Origin: Tubiluchus corallicola
Lineage: Eukaryota > Animalia > Priapulida
Assembly (NCBI GenBank): GCA_030141605.1
Contig: JAQGDQ010000211.1
Location: 22,885-86,884, forward strand
DNA: 64,000 nt
Reading direction: 5' to 3'
Both the position numbers and the translations under genes were made by a program. The notes below the pieces were generated by a model. It saw only the letters and a program-made list of their open reading frames with translations. It made no database searches and was not told the origin of the DNA. Shown one piece after another: positions 27,301 through 39,300 of this stretch; positions within the stretch are counted from its first letter, which is position 1; each line of letters opens with the position of its first letter.

Positions 27301-30300
27301 TAAGTCATTTAAAAGTAAAGTTTAAAATTATTATATCTTTTAAATAAGACTAAAAATACGTTTTTGGTTTGTGAGTGGCGCACCCTGGAGGGTGAGCCAG
27401 CGACATTTTACCAATTTGGACGAACATTTTAAATGATTATTTCTAGTTACATAAGTCGTTCCACCAGGTAAGTGAAATGCTAAGTAATATAGGTTTGCAT
27501 TGAAAGTTTTTTGGGACATAATTTAACATTTCCTTTTCTTCCCCTGATTTACGTTTGTGTAGGTGACGTCATGTAATGGCGCGTGCGGAACAGTATTGCG
27601 GGAGATTTAAAATAAAAACAAACGAAAAATCCTTTCAACGCGAATACGATATGTGCATAAAATTGCTGTAAAGTAGTATAATTTTTTAAGGCGATTTTTC
27701 TGAAACCAACTTCAGGTGCCCCGTTTCTTGTTCTTTAATGCTACTAGCCGCCTTTGCATATTTCTGTGTTTTGTACAGCAAAAGAAGTCAGAAATCTTTT
27801 ATGCTATAGCATATTTGTATAGCTTAAATGCTACAAAATTTGAATAATTAGAGATCTAGAGATTTATTGGCATACAAAAAACATAATAACACAGCATAAC
27901 AAGCATAACAACAGCTAGAGAAATGTGCAGGTAGCCAAAAAAACAAAAAATACAGATCTATATATTAAAATAAACAACTACAACATATCACAAAATTTAA
28001 AATATATATTTTTATGACATAAATACTTAATTTAACATTGACTATTAGCAACTGCTGTTATTGATAGATAATAGGCATTTCTTATGGTAGTAAATAATTA
28101 TAAATACAGTATTTTGCATACCGAGATACAAATTATGCATACTTTAACTTCAGGGATGAGAATTTTCCGCGGATGCGCGGAATTCCGAGTTTTTGGAAGA
28201 CCAGTAGTGCCATTTTTGTAAATCGCGTAAATTCATTGATAAAATTTTTAAGGACCCAGTACTTCATTTCACAAGCTGACCGCTAGTTGGCAGGCCTTCG
28301 CTTTGTTTACATCACGTACATCAGTGTAACCACGTGTATATCTCTATGTATAAACATATAGAATCAATTGTGTGGAGTTATTTGAGTCAATTGCAGACAG
28401 TTTTTGCTTAGGAGCGGCCAGTACTTAGGCATTTTTGGGAGAATTAGGTATCATGTATCCTTGATAGTTGGATATTTTAAGTTATGCATCAAACAAGGTA
28501 ATTGATATTTTAAGTCTACTTAGAGGCTCTCTGTGGTCACAAAATTGCAATTTGTTGCTGGCTCCAAGGGGCTCTGCCACTCAACCTCATTGGGGGCCTA
28601 GGTGGCCCCAAAACCCCTGGCCTGTTTCGGAGTTTTTTGCAAATTATCATTCTCATCCCTGTAACTTATGTTAAACTATTAAAGCAGTCGAGTACAAATT
28701 TAGAAACAGAGGCTACAATTACGGTCCTAAAAGAAATATAAATTTGTTTCGTTTTCTTGTTGATGTTCCATGTGAGTAATCATGATTGCTTGTTGTCTGA
28801 GGTGAGAATTCCTGTAGTGTCCCATTATAGTTTAAGCATTTTAATACAATTATAAAGATTTTAATGCAGTTGTAACAGAAATGCATTGTATCGTGTGTCT
28901 GCTTGCAAACCAAAGCCGTCCGTAAGTCGGTACAGTTAAAACTACGTTATGCTGCTTCAAAGTAGAATGCGTCAAAAATTTGGTCAAAAGTCAATTTTCC
29001 GTATTTTATAACAATCAACACTAAATATATTGGAATTTCATATTCTAGAATCAAATTATCAATAAAGTGTTCAAAAAACACTAAACTTAAATTTTATAAC
29101 TCCTTACCCACTTTTCTGGCTAGAACTTACCGTATATACTCGCATATAAGCCGACCCCCTAAAACTGCTTTAAAATGGCCAGTTTTTGCAAAAACCCGTA
29201 TATAAGCCGACCATCAACTTGTCTAATTTCAAAATCATTGTCACTACCACCCTCATCGTCTGACTTTACATTACAAACCCGTATACATTTTTAATATTTT
29301 TTATCTAATGAATACAAAAAGCAGACTTTTATTGAAATGTGAATTTTTTCTAAAAAAAAAAGTGGGTGGACGGCGATCCGCCACGATCCCCCTCCAATAC
29401 ACCACTGGTGACACACAACAAAATAAAGAGTCAGATAGCGATGAAAATGTGTGGCTGGAAAATTGGCATTAGTGTCTGTCCTTGTGTTCATTTTGTTTCA
29501 TGCGCATATAAGCCGACCCCCTGATTTCAGTATTGTATTATATAGTTCTAAATTCGGCTTATATGCGAGTATATACGGTAGTACTGCAATTGTAAAAAAG
29601 CTAGTATTTTCTAACTCTGATTGTAGCTTGTGGAAGCAGTCATTTTGCTTCGGTTTTTTTCTGTTGCCAAGTCCAGATCTTCATCAGGAAGAGCCCTTTA
29701 CTGGATTCAAACATAACTTCAACGTGCTCTTGCAAAGTCTGCAGCAAGTGTTTTGTAGAAATGCGACAAAAAACAATCGCTGACTTTAATAGTGATTTTC
29801 TCAAGATTATGTTTTTCAGTGCGCAGCCTGCACCTCAACTTCAACATGGATTATCTCAGCTTTGAAATAACATAGAGTGATGAGCTTTGTATCAAAATGA
29901 TCCTCATGAATAACTAGAAAAGCTTAATTGCCGACTTGTGGACGATTTTACCACGCAAATGCACACTTTTTTACATATATATTTCTGACTTGTGTTTTCA
30001 TACCGCCTGCGAATAGATTCTCTCTTTTCTCTACTTGATGTATGATCTATGGTCTAAATGTATGATCTATGCTCTAAATGTGTGATCTATGGTCTAAATG
30101 TATGATCTATGGTCTAAATGTGTGATCTATGGTCAAAAAAAGTAAAGTATAAAATGATTATTTTTCTAGACGATGAACCCTGGGAAAGAATTAACGCTTA
30201 CATCATACACCATACCGGTGACTGGAAAGATCTGAATCTGAAATTTGTACTGCAAGTTTACCGAGACTATTTGCTGGAAAATGACGTACAGCTGCTTAAA

Positions 30301-33300
30301 GACATGTGGCCAATCATCTTGGTTAGTTGATTTAATGCAATTTGTGTTTTATACTGTTGGTGTCAGAACAGAAGGGCCTAGGTTCGAGTCTCAGTCAAGG
30401 TGCAAAATTTTTCTGACTTTCTAATTTGATATTATTTTGTTTCGCTTGTTTTTATTTGGTTTAATGCAATTCGTGTTTTATACTGTTGGTGTCAGAACAG
30501 AAGGGCCTGGGTTCGAGTCTCAGTCAAGGTGCAAAATTTTTCCGACTTTCTAATTTTATATTATTTTGTTTCGCTTGTTTTTATTAATGACTGTTAACTA
30601 CTAGTGTGTTTTATTAATTCATTCTTTCGCGATGGATGTCCACGAGAATTAAGAGATGACATCGTTGCTCTTAGAGTTCTCCAAGTGAGATACGTACTGT
30701 TTTCCAGCTACCAAACAAGCTGTAGATTCTTTAATGTCAAGCTTAGAAAATCTCAGAGCATTGTCAAGTGAATTTAATTTTTGACTGGTACCCTATAACA
30801 TTTTTTTTAGTTTTAGAAGCCTATTAGGTAGACGAGTTACGTCATTTCTAATTTCTAGCAAAGCAAGAATGGGACCCATGCCCCGATGGAGCGTAAGAAT
30901 AGGCGCTGTCTTTATGTAATCTCGACACACAAAGGGGACAGGTAGATAGCCCATCGCTCGGGCACCGTCCTTACCCCAGTACTGTACCGTTCAGGGAGTC
31001 AGTTAAGATGAGTAGGTCTAAGAAGGCAGATTTGTTTGAGTAGTGAATGGTTCGTGAACTCCATGAGTAGGATTTGAACTTTAAACTTTTGGCTCAGCAG
31101 TTATACGTCACCGGCAGTTATTTCAACTTGTTCAAAGTTAACTATATTTCTGCATACAGTTTATATAGAAATTGTTATATTGGTTATATTTTGTATATTT
31201 GTTATGTTTTGTATATTTGTTGTTTCTTGTATTTATTATATTTTGTATATTTGTTTTATTTGTTATGTTTGTTATATTTTGTATATTTGTCATGTTTGTT
31301 ATGTTTTGTATATTTGTTTTGTTTACTATGTTTTGTATATTAGTTATGTTTGTTATATTTGTTATATTTCATATATTTGTTATGTTTGTTACGTTTTGTA
31401 TGTTTGTTATGTTTGATATATTTGTTATGTTTCGTATATTTGTTATGTTTGTTACGTTTTGTATGTTTGTTATGTTCGATATATTTGTTATGTTTCGTAT
31501 ATTTGTTATATTTTGTATGTTTGTTATATTTGTTATGTTTATTATATTTATATTGCAGAGTTTAATGGATAAAGGTTTAGAACAAGACACTGATGGAGAT
31601 GGAATTATTGATAACCGGGGTGCTGATCAAACTTATGATTCCTGGAAAATGCACGGTGCAAGGTACCGTTAAGTTCACTGCTATAAAAAACAACATATAG
31701 TAACCACGCAAATGTATACATGAGCACATTGAAGTTGTGTTTAAATCCAGTAGAGGGCTCTTCCTGACATAGATCTGGGCTTGACAACAGAAAAAACCCG
31801 AAGCAACATGAGCTACTATCAGAGTTTGAAAATTACAGGTTTCTTACAAATGCAGTACTAGTTTCTTTTTAATAAACTGCAGTGTATGAACGCCTGAGTG
31901 ACTCCAATCTACAGGTAAGTGTACAGGTAAAAGACTGGTCACATGACCTGTTTAAAAGGAAACCAATTTATAACAGAAAAGAGGGGGTAATACAACTATA
32001 AATGAGCACACTTGGTTTTTGTCAAACTTTCTTGTTCTGCTAGTGCCTACTGTGGAGGATTATGGCTTGCTGCATTAAAGGTCACCTGCACAATCGCGGA
32101 ATTGCTAGGTCACACGGACGAATGCTACAGGTTTGCCACTGTGTTGGAGAAGGCCAGTAAATCTTATCAGAAGAAGCTGTGGAACGGTAAGATCGTTTAG
32201 CTGTACTTTTTGGTTAATAACCATCTACAGTTCTGCTCTCAGCGGGATAGAAACCTACAGTCAACCTCGGATATAAGGGACACCTCCAGACCGGAAAAAA
32301 TCGTTCCTTATATCCGATGTCCCTTATAGCCAAAGTTGAGTCAGACCGAGGGTGTATCTAGACCTGTACTTTTCTGTACTATTACCCATATTTTTATGGA
32401 TTATTGCTGCACATTCAGTGCAAACGGTATGTAGGAAGCTCCTTCAGTGATGCGAGATGTATGTGACCGCGGAAACCGAGCTGTTCGAAGGCCGAGTTTG
32501 CGAAAATTTGAGGTTAAAAATCGATCAATTTCGCTTTGATCATAGGGCCCCTTATATGCAAGGTAATTTACCTGGGTTTCTATTACATGGGACCTGAAGA
32601 TATCGTCAATATAACTGAAAGTCCCTCATATCCGAGTACTTTATATACAAAGATTTTTACATTTGAAAGACGTTAAGAAAAATCGGGACTGGTTTTGGTG
32701 GTCCCTTATAAGCGAGTATGTTATACCCGAGATGGATTGTATTAAAATTTGGCAGTAGACAAAGTTAATGTTTGAGAAAAATGTTAGAAATTTTCAGCAA
32801 AAAAATTACAATAAGTGCCTCGTGTAATTAGTAACATTAATTCAAAGTCGCGATCACTTCACGCATGGGTGCTCTCACTTTGAAAGAAACATGACGTAAT
32901 CTGGTTGCCGTGCAACCGATATAAACACTTATCCCACCAGGTGGTTGAGGGAACTTCTTTTGCTACGGCAGTTACTGTTATCAACTATCAGCGATCTAAA
33001 ACGTTAAATGAGAGATTATTAATACATTTTTGCTTTTGATGAATGTTACCCAGAATATAATGAAGGCCAGCTAGGACTGATAATACAATAATCTCCAACT
33101 CGGCTAGTTTACGGCGACAAAGTAACAGAATAACTATTTTAGCAGTCTAAAACTGAAATATATAAGTTAGGTAAACCACCCGGCACCTACTGTATGTGCG
33201 CAGACTTTCAGTGCTTATCCGTCATTATATTGCGTAGTACTTATCCATTGTGGGGTAATAATTCTGTAGATTGATGCTATGTGAACACTTTAACCCTTTC

Positions 33301-36300
33301 ATTACTAACCCTTACACTGCTGCCCAAGTTTTTCTTGTAAAGGATGAAGATTCTTGTAAAGCTCGGCACTAACCGCAATCACCCAAGTCTGTTTATTTCA
33401 CTGCTACGGCTATTGCAAAAACACCATAGAAAAGTTTAACAGCCGTGGGATTGGGGTTGCTTCGCAACAAGTAATGCTAACCAGCCAATCAGCGCCTGAG
33501 GGCAGGCGCATTCCATAATACTGTACTGTATAGTATGTTCTCATGCAAAATTGCTTGTTGATAGTTGGTGAAACGTATGTTTAGTTGATTGTTCTGCATT
33601 CTTATAAAATAATTACATATTGTGGATTACTAATATGACTTCTGAATATATGATGTGCTTATTTGTGTGGGTGTGTACGTGCATGCGTGCGTGCATTAAT
33701 GTGTGCCTGGATGTGTGTGTGTGTGTGTGTGTGCGTGCGTGCGTGCATGCGTACAAATAAAAATAATTTTCAATATTTGTGTTTATTAGCATGTGACTGT
33801 TTGTTTATTTACAAGATTCTGTTTTAGTAACACACCACCAGAAGTTATTGTCAAACATGTAAAAACCAAATTGACCCTGTTAAAAAGCAACTACGTAGTG
33901 AAAGGGTTAAGGTTATTGCGACTTGAGCCAATTGCTAATTTTTACATAAACACGATTAACGAATATTTAATCAGCTAGTATAGCGGAATTTTTGAGTGAA
34001 CTGCAGAAGCTTTGTTATGCTTCAGTGCTGACCTGGTGGATTTTTTTCCAAATATGTCGTCAGCGAGGTTCATTATTTTAGTGAGAGATAAGAATAACTT
34101 GAATTCCTTTTTAAGCAAGGCAATTCATGTGCGTATGTTACGTGGTAATTTCAATATTTTAAAATGTATATTAAAATAGAATGAATGTTGTGTGAGGGCT
34201 GGTTTTTCCTTTAACAACACCGTGACCATTCAGCTGCTTGCCCGTGTTATTCATTACAACTGTACCGTTTACTGTTGCAGGGCAGTATTACCGGTTTGAT
34301 AGCAGTAAACGTTCTTGTAGTAACAGCATCATGTCTGATCAGATGGCTGGGTATTGGTATCTCAAAGCTTGCGGAGTGGAAGATAACGTAAGTGCTTTTA
34401 ATTTCTAGTTAATTTTTTTGTGTAAATGCATTCCAGACAGGGGCATTTCAAGTATTTATCATGCCTTAGGCTGGTACAGTGGAACCGCATCTTACGAAAA
34501 CCCTATTATATGAAAAATTCAGCATTCGAATCGGGCTTCGAAGAAATTTCCTTCCCATTTAACGAAAAAATATTCAAGATACGAAAACGAAAATCGAAAT
34601 ACGAAAACCGACAGCGGTCCTCCCAGAATGAGTTTCGTAGCATCACGGGAATGCTTTGTTGTGCTCTTATTTCACGTGAACGCATTCAATAACCGTGGGT
34701 CTGAAAAATATGAAAGTGGTAGGAGTTTAAGTGCTATCTCAGGGTAGTTTGAGTGAAACCCTTCGACAATTGGTCATTAACGAACATATTTATTTCCGGT
34801 GGGTGCAATATTTACACTTTATGTGACTGTTTTCGGGGGGCTGGAATGAATTACGCCATTTATATGGTAAATCTTGTCTCATAATACTAAAATTCCAAGA
34901 TATGAATTAATTTCGTATCTGGAGGTATCACTGTAGTTCTGTCCCGCCCATCTCTATTGTGAATTTATAGTTGTTTATGTAGTGAGAAGCTTAAACAATT
35001 ACTTGTGGTGTATTAGAAACACTATTAGCTTCTAGTTGCTCATTATATTTGCAGTGCAGTGCTCTTGTATAGAAGCAGGCTGCACAACTGCTTGTTATTT
35101 AATACCTTGCACCTGTTTGCTATTTAAGAGTCATTCCGTGAGAAAATCAGCAAAATAGTGGAAGGTGACAAATCACCGATTTTGTTCATATTCACAGGGT
35201 TTGATGGTCCCCTCAGATGTACTCCACAGCCAAAATATTAGATTTCAGAAATGAGCCGTTTCTGAGAAAAGCCGCCATTTTGATTTTTTTCGGATTTTGG
35301 CCATTTTGGCGTAAAAAATTGCCCATTATTTCTCACGTTATTACAGACAGTAAATGAGCGATCCAGCACTAGTTAATTGGTGATATATATAGTAGGGGTC
35401 TTACCCTACCGTACCATTATCGTTGCCAAATTGAACCTCCTTTTCAGTTGGTGTCATCAGATTGCAAAAGATACGTGTCTGCTGCTGCTGAATTTAGACG
35501 CCATTTTGAAATCCCCATAACTCCACTGGGGATTTGGGGGACTAATCAATATATTTTTATTTGCAGCTTGACTAGTCCTACAAATGCATGAAATAAAATT
35601 TTGGCCAGCGATCTCCCAAGAGTCCAGAATTTTTAGCCAAAGTTGCTCTTTTTTGCCATTTTCACAACCTTGACCTATATTTAGCTATTCGCTTTGGATG
35701 ACGGTGTTGCCATTAGAATCGATACAAAGTGCAGCAACGTCAATGTTTATAGTAATAATGGACTGGCTTTACATGTCTGGGCACTCCTAGCAACCAGGCC
35801 CCTCATCAGGGGCCGCATTCCCTTCGAAGGGCCCCTGTGACGATTACAACATAGTGATTTTTATAATCTGTATAAAACACGGAATAATTTCATGTACATA
35901 ATAACAGTTTCGTGTACAACCTGGGCACTCCTAGCAACCAGGCCCCTCATCAGGGGCCGCATTCCCTTCGAAGGGCCCCTGTGACGATTACAACATAGTG
36001 ATTTTTATAATCTGTATAAAACACGGAATAATTTCATGTACATAATAACAGTTTCGTGTACAAGTGCTCGGGCTATATACCTATGGCCTGTGGATCAATA
36101 CGGGGGCCTCGGGAGGGCCCCACTGTCTTGACTGAAAAATAGACTTCAGTCAAAAAGGTTTAGTATCGCTTTGCTAAACAAGATTCTAAAGTAAGGCGGA
36201 CAAGGCGAGGCAAGGCACTATTTGTGAAATTGTGTTGAAACCGCCGCGAGCATCGAATATAACATGTTGCGAACCAATTTTTAAAACGCGCACAGCTTTG

Positions 36301-39300
36301 TGTGGTCTTGTATTCAACAGGCGAATAGTTGTCAGTCCCTGATATTTTTCCTCAAATCAATTCAAGTTAATAGTTAGTTAGTTACTAATACCTTGGTGTG
36401 ACAACTTCGACAACCAGACTTCTGCTTACTAACAACGGGCGTTAACAAAAAAACTGGTTAAGAAACGCAGCAAAGGCCAGTACGACCCTGCCTCGGACTC
36501 TGTGTAACGTATGTTTCAAGCCATTCGCTCATATTGTATTTAACCGCCAGGTTTCCACCGTCTCGTAAAGATATACGCATATACACCGACTACCATATTC
36601 AACTAAACTCTAACGAGAATCAGGGCGCTGACGCTTATAATCGCAAATTTTCAAAATAGCAAAAAGGCAACAACAAATTCTTTACGTCCACGACTATTTT
36701 TTATTCGCCAATATTCAATGAAAAGTCGCACTATAGTAAATAATAATAAGCTAATAATTGATAATACATACAGTAAGCTGCTACTATGTGTTGCTATGGT
36801 AACCTCCTTATCAAAAGAGACAGAGAGAGACACAGAGAGACAGAGAGAGAGAGTCACAGAGAGACAGAGAGAGAGAGTCACAGAGAGACAGAGAGAGTCA
36901 CAGAGAGACAGAGAGAGACACATAGAGATAGAGAGAGAGACACACAGAGACAGAGAGAGACACAGAGAGAGAGAGACACACAGAGAGGCAGATGGAGACA
37001 CAGAGAGACAGAAAGAGAGACACACAGAGAGAGACAGAGACAGACAGAGACAGAGAAAGAGACACAGAGAGAGAGACAGAAACAGAGAGAGAGAGAGAGA
37101 CAGAGAGAGAGAGACAGAGAGAGACAGACAGAGACACAAAGAGACACAGAGAGACAGAGAGAGACAGAGAGAGGCACAGAGAGACGGAGAGAGACACAGA
37201 GAGACAGAGAGAGACACAGAGAGACACATAGAGACAGAGAGACTCAGACACAGTGAGACAGAGAGAGACACAGAGAGACACAGAGAGACAGAGAGAGACA
37301 CAGAGAGACAGAGAGAGACACAGAGAGAGACAGAGAGAGAGACAGAGAGAGACACAGAGAGACAAAGAGAGACACAGAGAGGCAGATGGAGAGACAGAGA
37401 GAGACACACAGAGACAGAGAGACACAGAGAGACAGACAGAGACATAAAAAGAGACAGAGAGAGACACAGAGAGACAGAGACAGAGAGAGAAACACAGAGA
37501 GAGACACAGAGAGACAGACAGAGACACAAAGAGACAGAAAGCGACGGAGAGAGACACAGAGAGACAGAGAGAGGCACAGAGACACAGAGAGAGACAGAGA
37601 GAGACACACACAGAGAGACAGAGAGAGACACAGAGAGGGACACAGAAAGACAGAGAGACAGACAGAGACAGAGACAGAGAGTGACACAGAGAGAGACACA
37701 GAGAGACAGAGACAGACACAGAGAGAGAGAGAGGACACAGAGAGACAGAGAGAGACAAAGAGAGACAGAGACAGAGAGAGACAGAGAGAGGCACAGAGAC
37801 ACAGAGAGAGACAGAGAGAGACACAGAGAGACACACACAGAGAGACAGAGAGAGACACAGAGAGGGACACAGAAAGACAGAGAGACAGACAGAGACAGAG
37901 ACAGAGAGAGAGACAGACAGAGACACAGAGAGACAGAGAGAGACAGAAACTGTAATTTATCGTTTCTTTTTGAAATTTGCATTTTTTATTCAGAATTATT
38001 AATAATTCGTACTAATTTTTTTACGATTTATGTCACATTCAAGATCGAATCTCGTCAATTTATGGACGAGCTGGCCAAAATTTTATTAATGATCTAATAT
38101 GCCTGGTCAAGCTGTAAATAAACATATATTAATTATACTTCAAATACCCGCCCCAGTGGAGTTATGAGAATTTTAAAACAAGGTGTCATTCAGACTGTAG
38201 CAGACACGCATCTTTCATGAGCTCATGATACCTACTGAAAGAGAATCTCAATTCATCAAACTCAATGTGGCAATAGGGCAAGACCCCTACTATATATACC
38301 ACAGAGCAACTAGTCCTGGATCATTCATTTACTGCCTGTAATGATGTGACAAATATAGGTCATTTTTTTACGTCAAAATGGCCAAAATCCGAAAAAAATC
38401 AAAATGGCGGCCTATCTCCGAAACGGCTCATTTTTGATATCTAATATTTTGGCTGTGGGGTACATCTGAGGGGATCATCCAACCCTGTGAATATGAACAA
38501 AATCGGTGATTTGTCACCTTCCACTATTTTTTGACTTTTGCATGGTTTTCTCGCGGAATGACTCTTAATATTTATATAAAAGCTGTAGTCAGTAACTGCC
38601 TGTGGTGTGTTATAAAATGCGCCCTTCACATGAATATGAAAGTTTACACATTTTCCGAGGAGAATGAGAATTTTTCTTAAAATGTGACGCCTTCAAACGT
38701 TGGCACCCTAGGGCCTAGGCTATAGCCTAGTTAACCTATTGATTAATACGTCTCTGGTTACAGACACAATATAATGAACCCGCAGTTATTAAATTTTGAA
38801 TCTAAACCTCCCTGAAAGGAAATATGTTAAAAGTCTGGATTTGAACCTGGCACCTTTGGACTAATACTACCAACCAGAACGGTTGGTTCTAAACAACAAC
38901 TTTCTTGGTTGTTTTTTTAAGCAGTCTGACATACTTTAAGCAGATATCTGCAGCTTTCAGTGACAGGGTTAATACTAGCATGGGGTGTGTGGCAGGCCTG
39001 GCACCTATCTCATTACCAAGAATAATTCTTTAGAATGAAATCAAATGTGTCTTGGTCAGAGTTGATTCATGTTACCCTTTCCTCATGAATCAAATACCTG
39101 GAAGCACCATGAGAACTAAAACGTCTCAGATAATTTTCTAGGCTGCCACCCACCAACTTACTAATCAGGTTTGGCATCGCTTAACTTCGGTTGCTAAGTT
39201 CCTACCATGGAGATTTGATTTACTTCTGTTGTCGTAAAGGTACTTCCGGAGCAGAACGTCCGGACGGCTCTCAACACGGTCTTCAAGTTCAACGTGGAAT

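Noticed and set aside
30360-30410. tRNA gene
   Set aside because: Only a B-box-like word; no cloverleaf could be built.
31074-31558. Hydrophobic membrane-like ORFs
   Set aside because: T-rich low-complexity repeat; only 31559-31662 is coding.
36651-38097. Long ORFs on both strands (SLSV- and ERDR-rich)
   Set aside because: Translations of the GA microsatellite, which lacks stop codons by composition.
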